DNA of 64,000 bases from Eledone cirrhosa (lineage: Eukaryota), in the NCBI GenBank assembly GCA_964016885.1, contig OZ024743.1, positions 214,458,001 to 214,522,000 of the forward strand, given 5' to 3'. Position 1 is the stretch's first letter, and every line of letters begins with the position of its first letter. Under the pieces are notes generated by a model. It was not told where the DNA came from. It was given only the letters and a program-made list of their open reading frames with translations, and did not search any database. Positions 12,951 through 26,164 of this stretch are shown here, piece by piece. A program made the position numbers and the translations under genes.

Positions 12951-14266
12951 AAAAGCTTGTCTTTATAATCATCATTCGTCTTTTAAATACCAACTTAAAA
13001 GAACCAACACGGCACTCTCAGAACTCATATGATCCTTGAAAGACAAAAATATTAAATATAACATGTCTTGGAGGAAGGTTTGTTCTGCTTCTCCATACTT
13101 GAATGCCGCTCTATCCAAGACATGTAATCTCTGTTTATGTGAGAAAGGTACCATTATATCTAATTTAGATTCTATATTAAATAGACGCACTGACTTGTTT
13201 TCTCTCTGCTTCAATAAATTCCACAGAACATTCCATAAAGTATACAGCTAATATCTAATACTTTACCAATTTAAAATTCTTTTTCTCAAAGGCACATATA
13301 TATATACATATATATTTCTTTAAAAATATACCCATCTTTCTACATTATTTCAATGTTATTTATTATCCATTATATAATACTAGTTACTCATTCTATATCA
13401 CTCCTATTTATCACTTCCCTTTCTTCCTTTTTTTCCTTTTTTTCTTTTAATTTCTAACCTCTAATCTGTATCTTTTCTTCCAAGATACTTCTCAATTCTC
13501 ATTATTACTCACCACAATATATCCACTTTTCCTTCTTCCATCCTATCTCTGGCCATAACATTTTCTATTAACCTTTTAAATACTTTATAGTATCACCTTG
13601 ACAAATCCTTCGTAAACATAAACGTTTTTTTTTTTGACGTTAGATTATTCAACCTAAATTCATTATATTTTTCTCCCTTTCATGCTCATCGAACTTCTAC
13701 ATATTACACAAACTCATCCACTATTCTACTTCTTTTCATAAATATATCCTTAATTACATTAATATTTTTATATTTTTTAATAATACATATCAAGAATTTC
13801 TTTCCAACGCACATATTATTAAACCCTTCAATATACAAACCTTAACCTAATATTATTCTTAATACATATTAACAATTTCTTTTCATCACACATATTATTA
13901 AACACTTCAATATACAAACCTTAATTTAACATTATTCTTAAATTTTTCTCTTCGTTAATTTTCAAATTCTTTTAATTTATATATTATCTTCCAACGGTTT
14001 TTTAACCTCTCTCTGTAAAACAATATATTTTTCTCAGTTATAAAAGCTCTCTCTCTCACCCATCTCTCCCCTATCTCATCCTTCCTTATTATACTCCTCC
14101 CCCTCCATTCTTTACTCTCATCTCCTCCTCTTTTTCATCCTTTCTAACACCCCCCCCCCTCACATTTGTTTTCCCAATATCACACATCAATCTAACAACT
14201 TTTTATATGTTGATTTAAAACTGCACTATTCACAAGTGTTTTTTAACCTTCATATCATGTCTCCCG

Positions 14267-14335
14267 ATTTTATCTGACGAAAACACAAATGTCATCGCAT
14301 GTTGATATTTGTTTTTGAAATGCGCATAATAAAAT
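14267..14335 (+). ncRNA. Minimal type I hammerhead ribozyme (PLE-2 inverted arm)
   Basis: attttat-CTGACGA(14274-14280)-aaacacaaatgtca..tgatatttgtttt-GAAA(14317-14320)-tgcgcATA-ataaaat. Confidence 0.85.
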
Positions 14336-14405
14336 ACATGGAAATCTTTTAACCATCGTTTGATCTAATATATTATATATATATATATAAAACACATATA
14401 TATAT

Positions 14406-14458
<53 letters not shown>

Positions 14459-14544
14459 TATATATATATATATACATTATATAATATTATATATATATAT
14501 CACACACAAACAAATATCATATATATATATATTATATTATACTA

Positions 14545-14665
14545 TATACGGCCCCAAATACGGCAGAAGTTAACTTTGCCTTTTATCATTACGGGTCGAT
14601 AAAATAAAGTACCAGTGATGCACTGGAAATTGCTGGCATTGTGCCTAACGTAGAAACAATTATAT
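14545..14665 (+). mobile_element. 5'-truncated SINE family A
   Basis: ttaactttgccttttatcattacgggtcgataaaataaagtaccagtgatgcactgg..gtagaaacaattat. Confidence 0.75.
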
Positions 14666-14899
14666 ATATATATATTATATTATATTATTTTATTTCGTTT
14701 CTGAATTTGTTTAGCAAGATTCTTTATCTGAAATCGTGTGTTGAAACCGATATTGTTATACTTTGGGAGGATCATGTTTCCAATAAGAAACACACGCACC
14801 AGTTGCTTTCACTTCAATTTATTATATATTTATAAATTTACAAATTTATAAATTTCTGGTTGGTTGGTTGGTTCTACAACCAGATAGTTGTTTATATAT

Positions 14900-14944
14900 A
14901 GTCATAGATCTTTCGTCACACACTCTGTGACCTCTTCAGTGACT
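14900..14944 (-). ncRNA. Minimal type I hammerhead ribozyme (PLE-3 left arm)
   Basis: Minus strand: agtca-CTGAAGA-g-gtcaca(gagtg)tgtgac-GAAA-gatC-TA-tgact. Stem III is palindromic (AGATCT). Confidence 0.85.
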
Positions 14945-15142
14945 GGAGATTGCTTTCTTTGATTCTGTGCCTCTCCTTTGTTCTGCCCTACGCCATTTTG
15001 TTTCTGTGTGTGTGTTGTGTGCTCAGTCTGCGCATGCGCCACATCCGGGTGTCTGTGTGTGCTTATGTTCATTTATCTATTTGTTTATTTATATGTTACT
15101 GGTTGGTTGTTTGTTCTATGTGCGTGTGTTTTTATTTTGTCC

Positions 15143-17539
15143 TTAATTGTAAGTTGTGATGTTGCTGTTCCACTCATATTTTCTATTTAATTTTGGTTGT
15201 AATTCTTTTATGTTTATTGCCTCTGTAATTTGTCTAAACATTGCGTCTTTTCTGTGCGTAGATTCTATTTTTATTTCTATGTTCTCTAATTTACCCTTGT
15301 GTTCTATCTTAGCATGTTGGTAGAGTACAGATGATTCTTTATTATCTTGAAGGTCTCGCCAGTGTTCATTTATCCGGTACCCTACACTACGAGCTGTTTC
15401 ACCTATGTACACTATATTTTTGTCTCTACATTGTCCTTCAGTTCATCTTATGCAATACACTACATTTCTAGTTTTACAGTTAATATGGGGGCTTATTTTA
15501 CAGGTTATACATTTCTTATCAATACATGAGGTTCTTTGAAAAGGGTATGTCTTGCTAATAAGTGTTGTTACGGAGGTACCTGGTCTTTCTACTATCTTAA
15601 TATTGAGTTTATGTTTATTTAGGGCCCTTCTAAATTTGTAAGCTAGTTCGCCTCTAGGGGTTGTATCGATGAACATTACACTCTGGTATTTATTGCTATC
15701 ATACCATGAGTTTATTCTATTAGCCTTGTTCCTAGTTCTTTCTATTCTATTCCAAAATTTGCTCCTAAACGAGGGGCAGGTCCCATTTATGTCATTATTT
15801 ACCATTTTTTCCCATTTGGTTCTGGCTCCTCTATACACTCTGATTCTATCTCTCTGATTGTAGCCAGAGAACTGCATACGGTGGATGAAGTGTTGTATGT
15901 GTCTCTCTAGTTCTTCGGGGTTGCACATGCGGGACACATTTCTCATCACCCGTACCAAATCCGCAATCAGTATGTTGATTTTGGTATGGTCCGAAATGGC
16001 CGAGTTTCGGTGGATCAGATGTTTGGAAGTCATGGGTTTGGCATAATGGAAATGGAGGATTTGTTTTTTGTTGTTAATGGTATCTAACCAGAGCTCTGTG
16101 TCTAGTACAGGTAATCGATGGTTGGGGTGTTTACTTGGCTAGTCTATAGTAACACTAATGCTCTGGTGGATGGAGTTTGCTATTTGCTGGATGCTTTCCA
16201 TTGTGTTTTTCTCTAGTTCCTGACTGTTCTCTAGTGGGGGTGTCTTAACTACGATGTTTATATCATCTATGTAGCGGGAGTACATTATCAGGTTTAGGGG
16301 GTCTTCTAATTGTTCTTTAAGTTTAAGTTTAAGTCTACTGCCCCACCATACCATGAATACGTTAGCTATATCGCCTGCAATGCTAACACCAATGGCTGCT
16401 CCTTCCTCTTTGGCATATGTTTTTCCATTAAATTTGAACATATGTTCCTTAAGGGTTAGTTTTATGCTGGCCCCTACCGCATTGCAATCATTTTCTTCAG
16501 TTCATCGTGGTTTTCGGGTGTCCGTATGGCTCTGGTCCACCCGTTCCGTCTATCTGTGTGGGTTTTCTTGGCCATTGAGGTAATGGTAGGTTGTCTGCCT
16601 CTTGCTGGTCTTGTAGGGCACAGGTTGCTAAGATCATATGTGTCTAGGTAACTATTACTATAGGTAAGCTTAAGTAGGCGACCCAGCTCACTGGTATCAA
16701 TCCCACGGAACTCAACCGTGCTCTCACTGATCATTTCTACGCACTTCTCCACAGCAACATCCACGTCAATAGATGGATACAAGGACACAACATCCATACT
16801 GCCTATTATGCAGTTTGTTAGGTCCCCAGATCGGTTACTCACGCCGATTCTGCTGAGGAGGTCGTCCGTGCTGTCACATACATCTGGGGACATTTCAATG
16901 ATGGGGCGTATGATCAGGGAGAGGAAGTAGGACAGTCTGTAGTTACTAGCAATGTTAGCTCCACAGACTGGCCGTGTTGGTGGTCCCGCGACAGGGTCAC
17001 AGCCCGTTTTATGGTCTTTTCGAAGCCCATACAACGCCGGCACGTCATTGTTCCAGGCCTGGAAGCTGTTGGCAGTCCTTTTGTTGGGCTGCATTATATT
17101 CGTCCACATCACCATATGGGCATTGAGGGCTTTTTCTCTATCCTCATGCTCCTGTGGTGTTACCTCTCTTGTGTTAGTGATGTGGGGTTGCATTGCCTGG
17201 ATGTAGTTTGGCAGGCTGTCAACCGACATTCTGCCAGACTTGTCTGTTGGAAAGCATGCTATCTCTCCATTACGCGAGCGCTGCATGAGCTTACGCAAGC
17301 CATTTGCAGATTTTTCTCCCAGTTGCTGGGCCTCCATTCTATTATACTTCTTGCTATACTGTTCTATAATATTTCTAAGTTCGGATCTAGCTATACTAAA
17401 TTGTGCTTCTGTTTGTTCATCGACCTGCGACGGCAATTGCGTGCGTTTGTTAAATGGTAAAGTCGTGGCGTAGACTCGTCGCAGGTCGAATGATTTATCG
17501 GAGGGATTATAAAACGGAGAGTTCCACGCTGCTGCTTTA
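15143..17539 (-). pseudogene. Inverted duplicate of the PLE-3 RT/EN coding region, disrupted
   Basis: ORFs 16474-17598, 16139-16441 (YIDD), 15443-16033 and 15143-15412 (YIGET) mirror the plus-strand copy. Confidence 0.9.
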
Positions 17540-20500
17540 CGAAAGAATAGATAATGACGAGATGTCTGTGTTATGTTTGCCCACGAAATTTGCGACATTC
17601 AAGAAGGTAAATATGATTAGTTGTCTGTCAGAAATAGAAAAATCATTTACAAAACTACGCTGGAGCATCAAAAACAAAAAGAAAAACAAAAACAACAATA
17701 CACGCACACACATATACAACACACATCCCAACAACAACAGACACACAGACACAAACAACAATAACAACAACACACACATCAACAACAACAACAACATACC
17801 CAGAAACAACAACAACAGACACGCAAACACAAACAACAATAAAAACACACACAACAACAATAACACACACGGAGACAACAACAACACACATCAACAACAG
17901 CACACATCAACAACAACAACACACACGCATTCAATGCCTCTCACCACCACCACAATCTTAACAAACACACAGACACAGAAAACAAGTAATGACAGTAGCA
18001 CAGAAATCACAGAAAATAAGGGAAAGTAATAGGATTAAAAGGAGAAGGGAGACTAAGGACAAATAGAATAACCAAGACGAACACACAGACACACAAAATA
18101 TGGTAGATAACAACAATGAGCCAGTGGAAAGAGACAGGAGTAATTATGAGGGACATAGCAACAATCATGAGGCTGTTGGTGGAAATAGAAATTGAAACAA
18201 CACAACTAACAATAACAATAGCACTAGTACACATAAAGCAGCAGCCTGGAACTCTCCGTTTTATAATCCCTCCGATAAATCATTCGACCTACGACGAGTC
18301 CACGCCACGATTTTACCATTTAAAAAACGCACGCAATTGCCGTCGCAGGCCGATGAACAAACAGAAGCACAATTTAGTATAGCTAGATCCGAACTTAGAA
18401 ATATTATAGAACAGTATAGCAAGAAGCATAATAGGATGGGGGGCCAGCAACTGGGAGAAAAATCTGCAAATGGCTTGCGTAAGCTCATGCAGCGCTCGTG
18501 TAATGGAGAAATATCATGCTTTCCAACAGACAAGTCTGGCAGAATGTCGGTTGACAGCCTGCCAAACTACATCCAGGCAATGCAACCCCACATCACTAAC
18601 ACAAGAGAGGTAACACCACAGGAGCATTAGGATAGAGAAAAAGCCCTCAATGCCCATATGGTGATGTGGACGAATATAATGCAGCCCAACAAAAGGACTG
18701 CCAACAACTTCCAGGCCTGGAACAATGACGTGCCGGCGTTGTATGGGCTTCGAAAAGACCATAAAACGGGCTGTGACCCTGTCGCGGGACCACCAACACG
18801 GCCAGTCTGTGGAGCTAACATTGCTAGTAACTACAGACTGTCCTACTTCCTCTCCCTGATCATACGCCCCATCATTGAAATGTCCCCAGATGTATGTGAC
18901 AGCACGGAGGACCTCCTCAGCAGAATCGGCGTGAGTAACCGATCTGGGGACCTAACAAACTGCATAATAGGCAGTATGGATGTTGTGTCCCTGTATCCAT
19001 CTATTGACGTGGATTTTGCTGTGGAGAAGTGCATAGAAATGATCAGTGGGAGCAAGGTTGAGGTCCGTGGGATTGATACCAGTGAGCTGGGACTCCTACT
19101 TAAGCTTAACTATAGTAATAGTTATCTAGACACATATGACCTTAGCAACCTGTGCCCTACAAGACCAGCAAGAGGCAGACCACCTACCATTACCTCAATG
19201 TTCAAGAAAACCCACACAGATAGATGGAACGGATGGACCAGAGCCATACGGACACCCGAAAACCACGATGAACTGAAGAAAATGATTGCACATGCGGTAG
19301 GGGCCAGACTAAAACTAACCCATAAGGAACATATGTTCAAATTTAATGGAAAAACATATGCCCAAGAGGAAGGAGCAGCCATTGGTGTTAGCATTGCAGG
19401 CGACATAGCTAACTTATTCATGGTATGGTGGGACAGTAGACTTAAACTTAAACTTAAAGAAAAATTAGAAGACCCCTTAACCCTAATAATGTACTCCCGC
19501 TACGTAGATGATATAAACATCGTAGTTAAGACACCCCCACTAGAGAACAGTCAGGAACTAGAGAAAAACACAATGGAAAGCATCCAGCAAATAGCAAACT
19601 CCATCCACCAGAGCATTAGAGTTACTATAGACTAGCCAATCGATTACCTGTACTAAACACAGAGCTCTGGTTAGATACCATTAACAACAAAAAACAAATC
19701 CTCCATTCCAATTATGCCAAACCCATGACTTCCAAACATCTGATCCACCGAAACTCGGCCATTTCGGACCATACCAAAATCAACATACTGATTGCGGATT
19801 TGGTACGGGTGATGAGAAATGTGTCCCGCATGTGAAACACCGAAGAACTAGAGAGACACATACAACACTTCATCCACCGTATGCAGTTCTCTGGCTACAA
19901 TCAGAGAGATAGAATCAGAGTGTATAGAGGAGTCAGAACCAAATGGGAAAAAATGGTAAATAATGACATAAATGGGACCTGCCCCTTGTATAGGACCAAA
20001 TTTTGGATTAGTATAGAAAGAACTAGGAACAAGGCTAATAGAATAAACTCATGGTATGATAGCAATAAATACCAGAGTGTAATGTTCATCGATACAACCC
20101 CTAGAGGCGAACTAGCTTACACATTTGGAAGGGCCCTAAATAAACATAAACTCAATATTAAGATAGTAGAAAGACCAGGTTCCTCCGTAAAAATACTTAT
20201 TAGCAAGACATACCCTCTTCAAAGACCCTCATGTATAGATAAGAAATGTATAACCTGTAAAATAAGCCCCCATATTAACTGTAAAACTAGAAATGTAGTG
20301 AATAGCATAAGATGTACTGAAGGACAATGTAGAGACAAAAATATAGTGTACATAGGTGAGACAGCTCGTAGTGTAGGGTACCGGATAAATGAACACTGGC
20401 GAGACCTTCAAGATAATAAAGAATCATCTGTACTCTACCAACATGCTAAGATAGAACACAATGTTAAATTAGAGAACATAGAAATAAAAATAGAATCTAC

Positions 20501-20615
20501 ACACAGAAAAGACGCAATGTTTAGACAAATTACAGAGGCAATAAACATAAAAGAATTAAAACCAAAATTAAATAGAAAATATGAGTGGAACAGCAACATC
20601 ACAACTTACAATTAA
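17540..20615 (+). pseudogene. PLE polyprotein (RT, YVDD; CxxxxCxxC knuckle; GIY-YIG with CCHH), disrupted
   Basis: PTDKSGR, LYGLRKDHK, RPV, SMDVVSLYPSI, GAAIG, YSRYVDD (YVDD at 19501-19512), CIDKKCITC, NVV..IRC..C..VYIGET.R..RINEH..H, EA..I..P.LN. Premature stops and frameshifts are present. Confidence 0.9.
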
Positions 20616-20813
20616 GGACAAAATGAAAACACACACTCATAGGACAAACAACCAACCAGTAACATGTAAATAAACAAATAGATAAATGAACATAAACACA
20701 CACAAACACCCGGATGTGGCGCATGCGCAAACTGAGCACACAACACACACACAGAAACAAAATTGCGTAGGACAGAACAAAGGAGTGGCACAGAAACAAA
20801 GAAAGAAATCCCC

Positions 20814-20858
20814 AGTCACTGAAGAGGTCACAGAGTGTGTGACGAAAGAACTATGACT
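20814..20858 (+). ncRNA. Minimal type I hammerhead ribozyme (PLE-3 right arm)
   Basis: agtca-CTGAAGA(20819-20825)-ggtcaca..tgtgac-GAAA-gaaC-TA-tgact. The stem III palindrome is broken by one substitution. Confidence 0.8.
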
Positions 20859-21087
20859 ATATATAAACAACTATCTGGTTGTGGAACCAACCAACCAACC
20901 AGAAATTTATAAATTTGTAAATTTATAAATATATAATAAATTGAAGTGAAAGCAACTGGTGCGTGTGTTTCTTATTGGCAACATGACCCTCCCAAAGTAT
21001 AACAATATATTATATTATATATATACATGAATATATATACATAAATACATATACATAAATATATATTATATTAGATTATATATATAC

Positions 21088-21200
<113 letters not shown>

Positions 21201-21211
21201 CATGTATACAT

Positions 21212-21245
<34 letters not shown>

Positions 21246-21371
21246 ATATACATATATATACATATACATATATATATACATATATATACATATATATACA
21301 TATACATATATATACATATATATATATATATACATATACATATACATATATATACATATATATACATATAC

Positions 21372-21498
<127 letters not shown>

Positions 21499-21833
21499 CG
21501 CCCAGACAGTGGGATGGCGCCATAGTATGGCTAAAACAGCACGTGCTGTGATCAGCGGTGCTGAATGGCGCCTGACAGACTGTTCGGTCAAGCTGATCAA
21601 GGTGATATATATATATATATTGCTTTCATCCTTCTATGTTGTTTACATGTCCCCCTCGCCTTACGCGAATTCTGGTCCCAATAACTTTTTTTAGTTATTG
21701 CTCGCAGCAACCTAAGGTATCTGATTTTTAATGCGATGAAATACCAATGATGGTTGGAAAATCACTGACGAAGGATTATTTTTATCATATGTAACCCATG
21801 TGCAAACCACGCAGTATTCTTCTTTCTTCTCGT

Positions 21834-21939
<106 letters not shown>

Positions 21940-22469
21940 TGTGATCTCGTTTTAAATTGAAACTGCAATTTTTCTTAAAAATTATTTGTCAATGCTAAAA
22001 TTTTATCTTTCCCAGTAGGGACAGTAAATATTACCATCGATGTTTCAACAGCCATTACGTGTCGTACGACGGCATTTGTTATTGGCGTTATGGTTATTAT
22101 AGTCACTGTAGATGTTCTAAATGTTCTAAATATCAGTATTTTGAAGAAAGTACAAACGAAACATTAATGCATTAATACAAAATACTAGTGATATATTGTA
22201 TATAGTTAATGATATAACCAATTCACAAATACTGAGGCAGCATTACTCTTTTCCTTTCAGACCCATTCTTTCCAGGTATATTATGCATCTCTTATTGGAT
22301 TTCTGTGTAGGGAATTTCACTGTTTTCCTCGATAAGAATCCCAGTAGAGTGTATTAACTATGTCTTCAAAATAGGCAAACTTGTGTTCCAGAGTACTCTT
22401 ACCTACTGGCTATGCTTTCATCGTCTTCTATTATGAATTTATAAAAATTCCGCGTCTGAAGCCGCAGCC

Positions 22470-22570
22470 GTTCCTATTACCCACTCTACTTAGGGTAGTA
22501 GAGTGGGTAATAGGAACCAGTAAGACCCCGACGGCCGTGCTCAAGCCGTTTTGACGGCTAATTCTGGACT
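22470..22570 (-). repeat. Short fold-back fragment of the PLE-5 pLTR end
   Basis: Reverse complement of about 34301-34380. Includes a 21-bp hairpin at 22470-22517. Confidence 0.75.
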
Positions 22571-23068
22571 ATATGTCTATCGAGCACTCTTATTTGATAT
22601 GTGTATTCCATATTCTCGATTATCTTTCGCGAATATAGAGGTTATCTCCCTCGCTAGACTCCATGTGCGTTTAGCTATAGTTAATTTCGTCATTCGTCGG
22701 ACAATGGCCCGTTGATAAAGTTATTCCGGTCCCTCTTCTCCCTAGAAGTTTTATATATGTTTATGTGGGCTGATAGGGGGCGGATTAAGGAATAGCAGAA
22801 ACCCAAGAAGCTAGATTTACCACCTTTCTAGTGGGTCCGGGTAAGCTTTTTACATTCATATGATTTATTGATATTTTATCTGAGTGACCCGAATCTTCCT
22901 GGTCGTAATTTTTCGGCTGCACGGGTGATTTTAGGCATAATCTTCGTGTGTTGGTATCTTAACGATAGTTATAGCTCTGATTTATCTGAATTATTGAGCC
23001 CTCTGCCACTCATGTCGGATTCTGTTTATCGTCAATTCGTGAGCTGATTTTCCGATACTCGATTATTC

Positions 23069-23298
<230 letters not shown>

Positions 23299-23622
23299 GT
23301 GTGTGCGTGTGTGCGTGCGTGTATGTGTATGTGTGTGTGTGTGTGTGCGTGCGTGTGTCTAAAGGTGTGTGTGTGTATGTGTGAATTAATATAGCGGCAT
23401 GGTCTAATATGATATGTCCTGAATATTATTTGCAAAGATTTCAAATGCTACCTCATCACTAGCGTGCAGCAATACACAGTTTGGAAATGAAATGATGGAT
23501 GTGTTCTTGATAAATTCTATGAAGCATACATACATGCAAGTTATATGGTATTTATTAATAATTATTGTCATAGGTACATCACGTTATCAGAAACATATGC
23601 TTCATTCTCATCTGTCTCTCTG

Positions 23623-23730
<108 letters not shown>

Positions 23731-24300
23731 CGTGTATTCATAATTTCGCAGCTTAAATCTCTTGTTTTTTTATATCAAGTCTTCCATAACAATAATACGT
23801 TTTAATCCATTATTTAATTTATATCTCATTTTATACCACTTGTTTATCTTAATATATATATAAGGAATGTATTAGATTTTGATATATTTTGATATATCAA
23901 CGGAATAAGATTGGATTAGAAGCAAATGTACTCGACAGGTATATATATACAGTAGTAGCCCGCTTTTCACGGGGATAACGTTCCTAGAGCACCTGCGAAG
24001 AGAGAACAACTGTGAATATTGGACGTGGACCATACAAATACCTATAAACCTCATAACATGACGTAAAATATTGTAAAAAAAGAGGGATTATGTTATGTCA
24101 AGGGGCATGCAATATGCCGGCAAACACGGTATATTGTTATTAATATCATATTGCAATGAAAAAAGCCATGAGAAATTGCGGCAGATATTAACGATTCCGG
24201 GAATACACGGGGATTTCCACGAACAATTATTAATTAGGGTCTAAGGTAAAATCCGCGGCTAACCGGGACCGCGAATGTCGGGACCGCAAATGCAGAGAGT

Positions 24301-24334
<34 letters not shown>

Positions 24335-24335
24335 G

Positions 24336-24373
<38 letters not shown>

Positions 24374-24428
24374 CACACGCACACATGCACACACACACAC
24401 ACACACACCCACCCACCCACACACACAC

Positions 24429-24501
<73 letters not shown>

Positions 24502-24588
24502 GGTGGGTGTGTGTATGTGTGTGTGCATGTGTGATTGTGTGTAGCAGATACACACTATACTTGGGTATAGCGCATTATTTTTATATTA

Positions 24589-24773
24589 GGGCGGTGGATT
24601 GGCAGTATCGGTAGAGGGTCGGACGCCATGCTTTCCAGCATAGTTTCGTCCCTTTACGATCTGAGTTCAAATCCCGCCGAGGTTGACTTTGCCTTTCATC
24701 ATTACGGGGTCGATAAAATAAAGTACCAGTAATGCACTGGTTAATTGTTGGCCTTGTGCCTAAAGTAGAAACA
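24589..24773 (+). mobile_element. Full-length SINE family A with a 15-bp TSD
   Basis: A box tggcagtatcgg and B box gagttcaaatcc. TSD attatttttatatta at 24574-24588 and 24774-24788. Confidence 0.9.
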
Positions 24774-25172
24774 ATTATTTTTATATTAATTTAAATTTAA
24801 AATGACAGCATAATTTAATAAAATGACGTTATCACTGTCGCAGTGCTTCATTATTTTTGTATGAAATATTAATAATTGGTGATTAGTTGGCATGAATGTG
24901 TAGCGGATCTTCTAGTGTAGGGAAGTTATTTGTTCTAATTGTGCATTATGTAAAAGCAAACTCTTCAGAAATTGTATATGAGAGGGAGAATATCAGAAGG
25001 TAATTTCGTAAGCTCGTGGCTTATAATTTAAAACTGTTATTGTAACAACATTGTGTATTTCTGCGAATTTCTAACGTGATTTAAAAATTATAAATGTATT
25101 CAATCATATACACATGTACATTTACAAATATATATTATATATATATATATATATATTCACACATATACACAT

Positions 25173-25204
<32 letters not shown>

Positions 25205-25207
<3 letters not shown>

Positions 25208-25575
25208 ACTTTGAATAACTTTGAAATGTTTCGGCCAGTATTGGCCCAGGCCATGTCTAACTTAATAGCACCACCTGGCGAAGTCTTTCAATTCAGGATT
25301 TGGGCACCATAGCCCATTCGAGAAGGGAATTACTGTTTGCGGAGACATATCCGGGTGTGGGTGGTTTGTGCAGGATTACTTGGAGGAATTTGTCCAAAGA
25401 CTTCTTGAATTTTGTGTGGTCAGTTTCTTTTTTGACGTGTCCTGGTGTGATGTTGAAGAGAGCAGGGCCAATTGAGGTGAAATAATTGTGCCGTATTGTT
25501 ATGAGTTGCGATTTAGATTTTTGTTTTGGACGGATAGCACGAGACCCGAGCCTTGGGTGTATTTTGAAGGTGATG
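25205..25575 (-). mobile_element. 3' end of a CR1/Zenon-like LINE, cut by the assembly gap
   Basis: C-terminal peptide HNYFTSIGPALFN..FKKSLDKFL..PPTPGYVSANSNSLLEW, a short 3' UTR and a ttcaaagtta tandem tail. Confidence 0.6.
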
Positions 25576-25775
25576 NNNNNNNNNNNNNNNNNNNNNNNNN
25601 NNNNNNNNNNNNNNNNNNNNNNNNNNNNNNNNNNNNNNNNNNNNNNNNNNNNNNNNNNNNNNNNNNNNNNNNNNNNNNNNNNNNNNNNNNNNNNNNNNNN
25701 NNNNNNNNNNNNNNNNNNNNNNNNNNNNNNNNNNNNNNNNNNNNNNNNNNNNNNNNNNNNNNNNNNNNNNNNNNN
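25576..25775. other. Assembly gap (200 N)
   Basis: Run of N. Confidence 1.
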
Positions 25776-25973
25776 CATTTCTGTACTGTTGACCATGTTA
25801 TTCTTCACTCTTTCACTATTATTACACCAAGATTAACCTGCATAGGAGTTCACGGGAGCTCGCCACCTATCTAAGAAAACCTCTTGTTGAGTCAGACAAC
25901 TCCGTACGTTAAAACGATCAGAGTTGAGTACTCTCAACCTCTAACTGGATTACTTATAACGATAATGTGTTAT

Positions 25974-26064
<91 letters not shown>

Positions 26065-26085
26065 GTATATATATATATATATATT

Positions 26086-26159
<74 letters not shown>

Positions 26160-26164
<5 letters not shown>

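Larger units (their letters stand above)
9977..14373 (-). mobile_element. PLE-2: 5'-truncated minus-strand PLE plus an inverted copy of its 3' 1.4 kb
   Basis: Arms at about 9977-11584 and 12952-14373 are reverse complements apart from a SINE insertion. RT/EN remnants lie at 11285-12938 on the minus strand. Confidence 0.88.
14749..21008 (+). mobile_element. PLE-3: element preceded by an inverted copy of about 2.8 kb of itself (6.3-kb palindrome), Neptune/Nematis-like
   Basis: Arms at 14749-17539 (-) and about 18236-21008 (+) are near-identical reverse complements. The spacer at 17540-18235 encodes the PLE N-terminus (EMSVLCLPTKFA..KLRW) and an Asn/His/Thr-rich linker. Confidence 0.92.

Noticed and set aside
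19828-19840. In-frame TGA at a Cys position in PLE-3, suggesting selenocysteine recoding as in some Naiad PLEs
   Set aside because: The inverted sister copy has TGC, and the copy has other stops and frameshifts. The domain order is also C-terminal EN, not Naiad type.
24589-24680. tRNA-like A and B boxes
   Set aside because: They are SINE heads with a shared non-tRNA body and TSDs, with no cloverleaf.
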